Of a stretch of DNA of 20,116 bases, positions 11,245-20,116 are shown piece by piece; position 1 is the first letter of the stretch, and each line of letters opens with the position of its first letter. A program made the translations under genes and the position numbers. The stretch is from Ginkgo biloba (Eukaryota > Plantae > Ginkgophyta). A model generated the notes under the pieces. That model made no database searches, was not told the DNA's origin, and saw only the letters and a program-made list of their open reading frames with translations. The DNA is taken from NCBI GenBank assembly GCA_024626585.2, contig JANKJI020000002.1:190501905-190522020 (forward strand), written 5' to 3'.

Positions 11245-11965
11245 ATGCCTCAAGTAGTGCAAAAAGGGTTGTTAACATTTAGGGGGAATTGAAAAGATGA
11301 CCCTAATTGACATCATAATCTCTGTGCCACGATATGGATGGCCAATGGCAAAGAAGATAAAGATAATTCAGTAGAGGCACTACAAGACGTGGCAAATGAT
11401 TGGTATAAGAAGTTTCCTGCTAATCACTTCACGTGGGAGGGATTTACAAGTCCAATCAGGAATTTAAATTGCTAAGAGACAATGGTAAGATTATGGATGA
11501 AATCTACAACTTAAAGCAACAACTAGGAGAAAGCATTCATTTGTATCACTAAACACTAAAGGAATCAATAAAAGAGTTGGGTTCCAAACAGACCAAGGGA
11601 TTGAAGTACTGATTGTTCATGGAAGGCTTGCTACCAAAAGACAAGAGGATGAAAGTGGTCCCACCAACTTTATACAACAAAGCATTGAACAAAGCATTTA
11701 ATCTCAAAACTCAGGAAAAGATAAAGTTTATTGGGCCAATTCCCCTAGTATATACAAGGACAAAAAGTCATCTTCTATTGAAGCCTTCCAACAAGACATG
11801 GCAAGGATGACGACAGCGTCCTCTATAAAGAAGAAAAAAGGACTAGAAAGAATTTTTTGCCCAACATGAAGGTCATATAGAGAATAAATGTTCGAAGCGA
11901 GGTAAGTATTGTGATATTTGCAAAACAATGAACAACATTATGAACGAGTGTACTTATAGCAATAA
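11245..11965 (+). pseudogene. gag: Degenerate gypsy gag (Retrotrans_gag capsid plus two CCHC zinc knuckles)
   Basis: MPQVVQKGLLTFRGN*KDDPN*HHNLCATIWMANG...LQDVANDWY...TW / FKLLRDNGKIMDEIYNLKQQLGESIHLYH*TLKE...LFMEGLLP...KVVPPTLYNKALNKA, then EGHIENKC..KYCDICKTMNNIMNEC (CX2CX4[H>N]X4C). Multiple stops and frameshifts. Confidence 0.85.
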
Positions 11966-13344
11966 AAATTGGCAATGGACAAGATGCTCACATATTCTCT
12001 GTAAACAATGAAGCCCCAAAATGCAATTCAAGGAATGGAAGACAAGTAAGCAGCTACAAGAATCTTTGTTCCAATCACAATTAGCAAACAAATCAAGACC
12101 CTCTGAGAATGAGNNNNNNNNNNNNNNNNNNNNNNNNNNNNNNNNNNNNNNNNNNNNNNNNNNNNNNNNNNNNNNNNNNNNNNNNNNNNNNNNNNNNNNN
12201 NNNNNNNNNNNNNAAGAAACAAAAAGAAGAAGGTGTTCCTCAAGCTTCTTCCTCCAACTCTCAAGATGCCAAAATGGAGGAAATGGAAACACTAATCAAA
12301 GTTTAATCAAACAAGATGGTCTTATTAAATGTAGCATAGAAGTGGATGAACCCAATGTAATACAAGAGTAGATGTACAATACAAAGCTTTAGCAAACAAG
12401 ACCGATTTAGGAACAAGTGGATCAAGCAAAGCCTGAACAAATCAAGCTAAACCAATCAAAGACAAAAACGTAGAAACGAGCACAAAAGCATATGAAGCCA
12501 CCTTTAGGACAACCAATGGAATTGTCACAACTACAGAGGATGCAATTAAAATCAAAGCAAATGTCACCAACAACGTCAATTAAAGTGAAAGAGTTGGCAT
12601 CCTATGAAACTTTTGAAAGCAAGTATAAAAGTCAAGATTTTAAGAAAAGAAAACAATATTGGAGGACTTGTCATTCAAGCCGAAAGAATGGACATCAATG
12701 CTAACAAAGCACAGACAAAGGCCATTGCAAACAGTGTATGGGTAGCATCTAATGATTGAGCATGGATAAAGGTTTTCGTCAATGATGTAAATTTCGAAAA
12801 ACTTCGTAATGAGAAGCTACCCATCAACATTGGGTAGAGGTGGAAATGATTGCCCAATCAAAGTGGGGTCATTTAGACATATATCCAAAGCGCCCTGCAT
12901 GTCACAATAGCGGCTCCAATGATGACAACTCCTAGGACCAATAGCAAGTTGAAATCCTAAGCGACAAGAAAAGTTCGTTGAACGATAGATCGCAACAAGC
13001 AAAAAACGGTTGTCTAACAACCACACAGAGGGATGGCGTTCAACAAATGACAATGTCCTGACAACCAAGTTGCACTGAACTGGGCCCAAATGGTGCTTAG
13101 ATGGTAGCAACCACCTGACAATGGTAAAACGATAGCACCAATGACAGATGAGTAGAGTAAACATGTGTGTGACAATAAAGTCTAAACAATGCCCCACATA
13201 CAAAAAATTCCAAGCACAAACTAACTTTAGATCCAATTTTAGCCCCATCTTTAATAGTTATAGATGTTTCAACAATCACTATTACAACATTACCCTAGCA
13301 CCAATTGGACCAAGTTTCGAGTGGGACACTCACTTCTTTTCATT

Positions 13345-13355
13345 AGGGGGAATGA
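13345..13355 (+). other. Polypurine tract
   Basis: AGGGGGAATGA, preceded by a T-rich run and directly followed by the LTR-like start TATTAGTGG. Confidence 0.65.
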
Positions 13356-13722
13356 TATTAGTGGATGATTTTGATATAATGGTCATATATGTTAATGTTA
13401 GAATGAGTAATGTGTACGACTTATCTTAGATAGGAGATTGGTTGGACAGTTAGGCAGTTGTCTCCTGTATATAACTATCCACCTTGATGGAGCGGTGCCT
13501 TTCCCCTATATAAGGATTCTTCTTTCACTTTTATGTATCACCATTGCAGGGAAGCCTAGGCTACATAATATGGTGGTCATCATTGATACAATTGTTGATC
13601 TCTTTTGTAATACATGATTACTCTTTCTTGTGCACTAGTCATTGTTGATCATGTCTCTTTTCTCTTTCTCTTGTCTCAATGCTAAATCAAACCTATAACT
13701 CAAAGTAAGGAGTTATTCTCCA
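13356..13722 (+). repeat. Putative 3' LTR with TATA-like box (TATATAA 13507-13513)
   Basis: Follows the PPT, contains CCCCTATATAAGG, and has block similarity to 9973-10400. The right end is approximate. Confidence 0.6.
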
Positions 13723-14169
13723 AGGTTTATCTGCTTTTTCAATTTATTATGCCTCTTGATAAGGCGCATTCTAAAAACTGGAAAGGATAATAAGTATCTT
13801 TGGTGTGATGGCAAAGGGTATGGTAGGTGCCATAATGTTAGTTGAAAAGTTGTATGATAGGATGGATGGTGGGTTGTGTCCGAAGAGTCTAAAGAGTCAT
13901 GGTCCAACCCTAGTTGTTAAATGGTTTGTTAAAGCCATTCAAGTTTTAGAACCTTGGGAATAGTTNNNNNNNNNNNNNNNNNNNNNNNNNNNNNNNNNNN
14001 NNNNNNNNNNNNNNNNNNNNNNNNNNNNNNNNNNNNNNNNNNNNNNNNNNNNNNNNNNNNNNNNNTCCATTTGTTATCTCCATGCTAGTTCTAAACCTAT
14101 AACTCGAATTCAACAATTGTTCAACTAACAAATGTCTCAGACGAAGATTTGTTGCTAATGCAACTGATA

Positions 14170-15446
14170 AAGGAAGATCATGAGATAGATATCACAATTT
14201 AAATTATGGGCAAGGAATTTTCAAACACCATTATAGAGACCAAATCGAGGTTATAATAATCCTTGAAGTAGTTTGGCAATAATTGGGTCGATTGACACTT
14301 TGGCCATCCAGATTCAAACTAAGAACAACCAACTAGAATATAATGGATCCCCAAGGACTATTGATTGGCGGACTTATTGCCATTCAAACATTCAAGGTCG
14401 ATTGCTTGGTGATTTTGATGTCACTTGAGACAACAACATATTTTGCACTTCTTTGATGTTTGTGGCTAAGGCAAGCAAGAGCCATACAACTTTGGGCCAC
14501 CTTGCAATGTATGATGACCTTGCATTGACTTACAATGGAAAACAATATGTGAAAAATTCATGTCATTATGTTCTACGGTCAAATGAAGAGTCAAAGACTA
14601 AGCAGGTGCAATATATGTCATTAGAAGATGCATAATCTAAGGTGATGAAGAATTTAGTGTTTCATGTTGGATTGAGGTTAAAAAGATGATGGTTAAGGCA
14701 AGGACCAATAATTCAACATTGAACTAAAACATTCTCTCAATCAAGAAAAATTGGATGAGATTTTGCATTGAAATATGACGCAAGAATATATAAGCGAAGC
14801 ATCAACATCATGAAGTTCAAATCCAAACAGGGTGTTGAAACTTAGATGAACCTTTCAAGACAACAAAGGATAGAGTATTGATGTTGGATGAACATTTCAA
14901 AGATGATGCACTATCAAATTGTAGCCCACATTGGCAAATAGGAGTGCGAATTACTCTCACCTAGGTGCCTTGAGCTATAGACAAACTAAACCTATGACAA
15001 TCATGATCAACTTATTGCTACAAAAGTTGAAGATAGCAATCAAACAAGATGATGAACTTGTCCTACACTCTTTTGTTGAATCTAGACATCTCTAGCTTAG
15101 CAAAAGTGATCTCCAAGAAGGTATAGAACTTTGGAAATGTATTTGCAGCAATATAGAACTTCTAGGACATATATGCACATGGAGAGAATCAATTTACCTT
15201 AGTGAGGGTTCCAATCCCACTCCCAAGATGGAGACTTACTTGGAAGATCATGCAAACAAGCTAAAAAGTCCATTGGCCTTTTTCTATTTACATTAAAGAT
15301 GTGCATAACAATTGTCCAATCCTTTCTATAACAATATACTTGGTTTAAGTGGAACGATTTAGTTCTAGAACCCTTCAACTAGTAAGGCAACTTTAAATTG
15401 ACAAGCTAGAGCTTAGAAAAGGGGCATTAGCCATCCTCAAAGAGTA
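14170..15446 (+). mobile_element. Degenerate gypsy pol relic: retropepsin-like protease (~14190-14500) and weak RT/connection remnants
   Basis: IMGKEFSNTIIETKS / IILEVVWQ*LGRLTLWPSRFKLRTTN*NIMDPQGLL...FKVDCLVI...YFALL*CLWLRQARAIQLW matches the gypsy protease pattern 'I.D.GS.VN.....W..LG...L.P..F.L..AD.....P.G.....F.LDF.V......LLGR.WL...A...W'. The catalytic Asp is lost. WFKWND near 15345 resembles the RT connection domain. Confidence 0.72.
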
Positions 15447-16259
15447 TGTTCCCAAGATGTTGGATGTTTTCTAATTTCTTCATTATGTATATCTCAATGT
15501 AATCTTGAAATTTGTTTATCTTAATTTTCAACCACTTGCAAGTTCAACTATTTCACCTAGAGGCACTTGTATAGTAATTAAACCCTCCTTAAGGTCACTT
15601 ACAAGCTTCCTCCAACAAGTCATTGTACATATGTAGTATAAATCCCTATAGAATATTAAACTTCAACTGTACACTTGCTAAATTTACCTTTGGGTGACTT
15701 TTCTCTCTCTTCTTAGGAAACTTCCTTCTCTCTCCTCTTTTCCAACATAAGGTGCCTTTGAAAACCATTTACGCAAAATACTTCCTTGGTTCAATGGCAT
15801 CAAGTCAGTTCTCCATCCAAGGCAAATGGCCTTCATTCTAGAAAGTTACTCCATCTCCCAAAGAGTCATTCTATTCTCCTTAAATATCATTCTACATCTT
15901 CATATCCACATGTGAATCTCAGGGGTAGGTGATATCTCTGATTAAGTACCCTCCTTGACATGTCTTTTGAAGTGTTAGGCATAGGTTACATGGTTCTAAG
16001 GATCTGTAGTCACTACAAACTAACTTAAGCCCCTAAAGGTTGGCGCAATCCTCCTCCAAGCATGGTTAAACCCTCTAAAGCCTTATGTGATCCTTAAGGA
16101 TTTCCCTTTACCTCTAATCACACTAGAGGACTCTAATCAAACCTCCCATATTATATTTCGTGTCTAAGAATCTCCCTAGGACTTTGAGAGCTTGCCTTAG
16201 GCCTTTCCTTTGACCTTTGACCAATGACCAAACATCAAGTAGATGTGTATGCCCTAACA
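15447..16259 (-). repeat. 3' LTR (~810 nt) of a minus-strand chromovirus-type gypsy element
   Basis: The minus strand begins TGTTAGGG at 16259, directly after a PPT, and ends GGGAACA at 15447 (TGTT...AACA termini). Confidence 0.72.
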
Positions 16260-16521
16260 TCTCCCCCCCAAGAGATCATTGTCCTCAATCAAACCTACTT
16301 CTCTGACAAATTGTTGATTTCCATCATGTTGATTCATCTAATGGCTTCTGAAACGATTCAACTAAGTATTATTTTCTCTATGTTCCAAAGGTTTATGGAC
16401 CTCCCTTTAAAGATTCTTACTAGCTCATGAGACTCTTGTACAACTTCTTCAACATCCACATATGCTGAAACTTGTTTTAAAACCTAGATGACACTTTCAT
16501 TAAAGCAAAACACACAAATTA
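16260..16521 (-). mobile_element. Integrase C-terminus/chromodomain relic and PPT (16260-16269) of a chromovirus-type gypsy element
   Basis: Minus strand gives SSRF*NKFQHMWMLKK (cf. 'S.IH.VFHVS.LKK') and YLVESFQKPLDEST* at 16368-16324 (cf. chromodomain 'YLVKW...P.E.ATW'), then GAGGACAA...GGGGGGGAGA-TGTTAG. Confidence 0.75.
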
Positions 16522-16784
16522 TGTTAGCAAGATATTCAAGACGTGTCGCAAACAACAATCGATAGATAATGATTTGGCATAATATCAGCATTATGATGCA
16601 TTGATAACACATTACAACACATTTATAGTGATTTATGATGCATTGTTGATGTGGCAACAACCTNNNNNNNNNNCGGTTGCAATCCTGACAACGTGGCAAC
16701 AACATCTAGGATAAGTTGCAACAATTATGATCAAATGGCATCAATTGAATGATGACAAGAATGATGCAATATTGCATCACATAC

Positions 16785-16877
16785 AAAAGATGATGCCAAC
16801 ACGTAATTGGTGCATTAAATGAATTTCATATAAAAGATGACATCAACACATAATTGACACATTAATTGCAATTGTAC
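16785..16877 (+). repeat. Imperfect 47-nt tandem duplication inside the LTR
   Basis: AAAAGATGATGCCAACACGTAATTGGTGCATTAAATG (16785) versus AAAAGATGACATCAACACATAATTGACACATTAATTG (16832). Confidence 0.8.
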
Positions 16878-17185
16878 AACGAACGACGTTAATAGACACT
16901 ATAACAGATGATATCAGTAAAAGAAGGCACATTAATTACAACAATTGTGAGGCTATATTAATCACATGGCATCAACAAGTTGGCATCGCAGAATAAGAAG
17001 AATGCATTTAATAGGGTGACCTCAACCCTCAATCAACACATTACATGAAGAAAACATAACACCAACATAAGGGTTAAGATGCTTTTCATCAACATTTAAT
17101 GATATGATTAATGAGGAGTTATGACTAGGGTTATCATTTCAAAAATATGAAACATGTCATTTGGCATTTATGAGAGAGAATAAGT

Positions 17186-17193
17186 TATAAATA
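17186..17193 (+). promoter_or_regulatory. TATA box of the LTR promoter
   Basis: TATAAATA followed by a GA-rich stretch, ~270 nt before the putative LTR end. Confidence 0.5.
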
Positions 17194-18538
17194 GGAGAGA
17201 GAAAATTAGAGTTAGATGTGAGAGATCAGGATTGATGTTTGGTCTTAGGTGTGAGAGGCCTAACATGTGCATTAAATGCCATGTACCGTGAATTCATGAG
17301 TAATAGATAGATGAGCATTGTACCCCACATGTGCGTGTTATCTCTATTATGCTTGTGATTCATGGAGCATGTGTGTAAGAGGAATGTGTTATTAACGAGC
17401 ATGTTCCTAACCCATTGATGATGGTGGGCTCCATGTGTGGGAACGCCATTTAGTCAGCATTTGGTTCTATTGTCCTACCTCACTAGTAAACATAGTAGGA
17501 ACAAGTCAGAGACGATAGTGAGTTGACTCATGTATTGACTGGTCAAGCAATGACAACAGTGAATTCTCCAAATCCCAAAGACTCTAACTATGGACAATGG
17601 TATGGGTTGTAGTTAAACCCACTAGTATCAAGGGGGCCTCCTGATACCCCCAAGAGGTCAACAAATAGCATATTAAGGAAACTCGAGAATCACTAGCTAA
17701 AGAAACAAGAAATAACCAAAAAAGCACAACCATATAATGCAATTAGCAACAAAAATACGATGACTTGCTAAGGGAACAAACTAAAGAATGTCAAGGCTCT
17801 GGGGAGAACAATGAAGGACACCCCTATGGGAGAGAGCAACTATGATAATGCTCACCTTACACCACAAGTGCTAACCCGAATCTAGTCGAGGAAGAATTTA
17901 AACTTGAATGGCATAAATGAATTAAATAGATTGAGTTCCAAATTAACAACCATAGAAGAGACCTAGTAGATCCCCAACCTCATCACAAGGCATGCAAAGA
18001 CCCCTAGCTTTTGAGATCCACATAGCTATAGTGAAGAAGTTATGCATAGCTTTGCAATTAGAGAATCATTCTAGTATTGTGATAGAAGACATTATGGGGA
18101 ACCCAAACTGATAGATTCACCAATATCTAGCCAAGACTCACCGACTACTACGTAGAAGTCACAGACACCATATTTTATAAGGAAGAATCCACTGTATCGC
18201 AAGATTGCAAGTAACAAACCTTACAAGTTTCCAAACTCTCATAAAAAATCATCCATAAAAAGCAACACCAAACTTAATAGCAATCACCTCAATTGTTGCC
18301 AAGCCATTGGTAAAAATGGTAACTATTGAGGTTACCAAATTAACTTAATGATAATAACTATAATATCTATGGTTACCAAAATTTGTCTAGCACTTACCAT
18401 GTTGGTGGCCAAAATTCCTTTTGTAATAACTCGGGCGACAATCAAAACATATTCAACAATAGTAATAGTTTTTATCAATATAATACCTTCAACACCAAAA
18501 AGCTTAGCAGATTCACTTACACCTTCAATATTAACCAT

Positions 18539-18613
18539 AATCCATTCAGTGGCTAGAGTAATCCATTCAAAAGGTAGAATAATCCATTCAGTGATCAAAA
18601 CAATCCCTTTGTC
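18539..18613 (+). repeat. 21-nt tandem repeat (about 3.5 copies) encoding NPF motifs
   Basis: AATCCATTCAGTGGCTAGAGT / AATCCATTCAAAAGGTAGAAT / AATCCATTCAGTGATCAAAAC / AATCCCTTTGTC at 18539, 18560, 18581 and 18602. Confidence 0.9.
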
Positions 18614-18762
18614 AAATTTAACCACTGCAACTTCATCAATAATAATAATGGCAGTAATAATAACAATGTTAACAATAATGGTGGCAATGATATCGACAAT
18701 AACAACTATAACTACAATAATCAAAACGGAAACAACAAGAACTACACTAATAATAGCCATAA

Positions 18763-19349
18763 TGTAACAGTCTAATCTTTCCTCCAAAAGTTAAGTAGGT
18801 TAGTTTAACCTTCTCAAGATATAAAAGTAATAAAATGAATAAATCTTANNNNNNNNNNNNNNNNNNNNNNNNNNNNNNNNNNNNNNNNNNNNNNNNNNNN
18901 NNNNNNNNNNNNNNNNNNNNNNNNNNNNNNNNNNNNNNNNNNNNNNNNAGGTGCTGTCAACCGACTTCTTAAGGTCTATTAGCTAAAAGGTGTTGTTTTG
19001 TGCTGATGCACCTTAAGCGAAGGGACAATTTGGGCTTAAGAGAAGGGGCGCTTAGCCTAAGGCAGGCTTTGACCCTTCGTAAAGCTCCTTAAGCACCTTT
19101 TGAGAGTCCTACCATCCACATTGGCCAACAAGCTTAGTACTAACATACAATTATCCATTTTTGGGNNNNNNNNNNNNNNNNNNNNNNNNNNNNNNNNNNC
19201 ACTAGCTCTTATGAGTTTCTTCTTGAACATCTAAGGCCTTTTCTCTACTTGTTGACTTCCCTTAGGGTTTTTCAAGCCCGTTGACCAACTTTGACTGACC
19301 ATTGACCAAGTTTGATCAGGCTTGGACTAGGGTTGACTAGGCTGTGACA
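18763..19349 (-). mobile_element. Solo-LTR-like insert (two internal gaps) splitting the Asn-rich gag region
   Basis: Termini TGTAACAG...CTGTGACA form a 7/8 inverted match with TG...CA ends. Asn-codon-rich sequence stops and resumes exactly at these ends. The TTGACC-rich right end resembles 16195-16235. No matching TSD. Confidence 0.65.
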
Positions 19350-20116
19350 ACTTCAACTACGGTAACAACCATAATGACAATAATAACAATAATGGTGGTA
19401 ATAACAATGGTAAACGAGGTAATAACAATAATTATAGATTTAACATAGGATACGACAAGAATGGGGGAGGGGGAGCCCTACCAATCGTTGTCTAAATGGA
19501 TAAATCATTATCCCATTTGATCTTCAACGATCGCCATGACCCTTCTAGTCACCCAGTCCTATCCCTCAATAGCAATGGTTTAAGCCACATTCACAACAAG
19601 AAACTTTAACAACAATTCTTTTCAACACTTTGTAGCAAAGCCTGTGTTGTTTCATGCCATCACTCGTGGGTTGTAATCCAAGAACTTTGTTTGGATTGAT
19701 TCCAAACTTTACAAGTTTGGCCTCCATCATTAAAACCTTACGAGCAATCTGACAATAGCATGGTGAAACCATCCATAACTTCGATGGTCGATTACATATT
19801 CTCCCCTAAACTTGAGGCCCCAAATGTAAAATGACCCATACACATGCTTAATTATTTCAGAAACAGATTGTTGCCACCATATCAACACAAGATTGGCCCA
19901 ATCCCGATGGAGACTTATGAACAAGCCCAACACCTTGCCATGGATTTTGGAAAGTAGATGTATATTGATCAACACAGTTCCTATCCATTGGATTGCGAGT
20001 ATGACAATTACCCTGCAAGTTATAATCAACAAGCAATGACAAATGTAACCCAAGCTAACCAAAAATTCAAATGTTGTGAATGAACAAATAGAGAAGCCAC
20101 AAGTAGAAATCACTCG

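Larger units (their letters stand above)
9973..13722 (+). mobile_element. Ancient Ty3/gypsy-type LTR retrotransposon (LTR-PBS-gag-PPT-LTR; no pol visible)
   Basis: Clear gag relic at 11245-11965 and PPT at 13345-13355. Patchy similarity between 9973-10400 and 13356-13722: TGTTAGTGGA/TATTAGTGGA, GTCATTGATG/GTCATTGTTG, GTCTCAATGTTAA/GTCTCAATGCTAA, CCTCCA/TCTCCA. Confidence 0.68.
16522..17459 (+). repeat. Putative 5' LTR (~940 nt) of a plus-strand gypsy element
   Basis: Starts TGTTAG where the chromovirus coding relic stops and contains TATAAATAGGAG (17186). Ends ...CAGCA, followed by TTTGGTTCTATTGTCC, which is compatible with a decayed tRNA-Asp-type PBS (TGGCGCCGTTGCC). Gag follows downstream. 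Confidence 0.6.
18347..20116 (+). pseudogene. gag: Degenerate gypsy gag with a long Asn-rich N-terminal region, interrupted at 18763-19349
   Basis: The frame from 18347 reads NDNNYNIYGYQN...NNNNGSNNNNVNNNGGND...YTNNSH. After the insert, FNYGNNHNDNNNNNGGNNNGKRGNNNNYRFNIGYDKNGGGGALP runs in frame into MDKSLSHL.FNDRHDPSSH...NG...QQFFSTL..KA. Further on (frameshifted) come *HGETIHNFDGRL, ...NYF and LLPPYQHKIGPIPMETYEQA, a Retrotrans_gag pattern. Confidence 0.72.

Noticed and set aside
13725-13965. Segment between the 3' LTR and the next gap as a further gag start on the minus strand
   Set aside because: No motif could be identified with confidence; left unassigned.
16651-16705. GTGGCAACAAC direct repeat flanking the 10-N gap
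   Set aside because: It could be an LTR subrepeat or a gap-edge assembly artefact; not interpretable.
18539-18613. Short regularly spaced repeats as a CRISPR-like array
   Set aside because: The repeats are contiguous 21-nt tandem units without unique spacers. There are no cas genes and the context is a eukaryotic retroelement.
18332-18787. Overlapping sense/antisense Ile/Thr/Val-rich ORFs (139 and 151 aa) resembling membrane proteins
   Set aside because: These are shadow frames of AAT/AAC-rich low-complexity DNA. The Asn-rich third frame is the one that matches the Asn-rich sequence leading into gag after the insert.

Overview
AT-rich, CpG-depleted eukaryotic DNA from a gappy draft assembly with 12 N-runs. 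It is most likely a large plant genome; a gymnosperm-like origin is only inferred from the heavily decayed retroelements filling very long introns. The only host-gene signal is two minus-strand exons of a RecQ-family DNA helicase: 8530-8580 (continuing into a gap) and 8074-8197, joined by a canonical 332-nt GT-AG intron. Left of the exons (1-7800) lie several degenerate L1-type LINE relics on both strands. Right of them (9970-20116) is a nest of degenerate Ty3/gypsy LTR retrotransposons: (i) an LTR-gag-PPT-LTR element with no visible pol, (ii) a protease/pol relic, (iii) a minus-strand chromodomain-PPT-LTR end, and (iv) an LTR-PBS-gag element whose Gag frame carries a long Asn/Gly/Tyr-rich region with NPF repeats, itself split by a solo-LTR-like insert. 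Most ORFs in the supplied track are artefacts of N-runs or low-complexity DNA. I see no RNA genes, CRISPR arrays or prokaryotic-type systems, and nothing I can claim as a new biological system. The best lead is the prion-like, NPF-bearing Gag extension. All protein assignments come from manual translation and motif recognition, not database searches.
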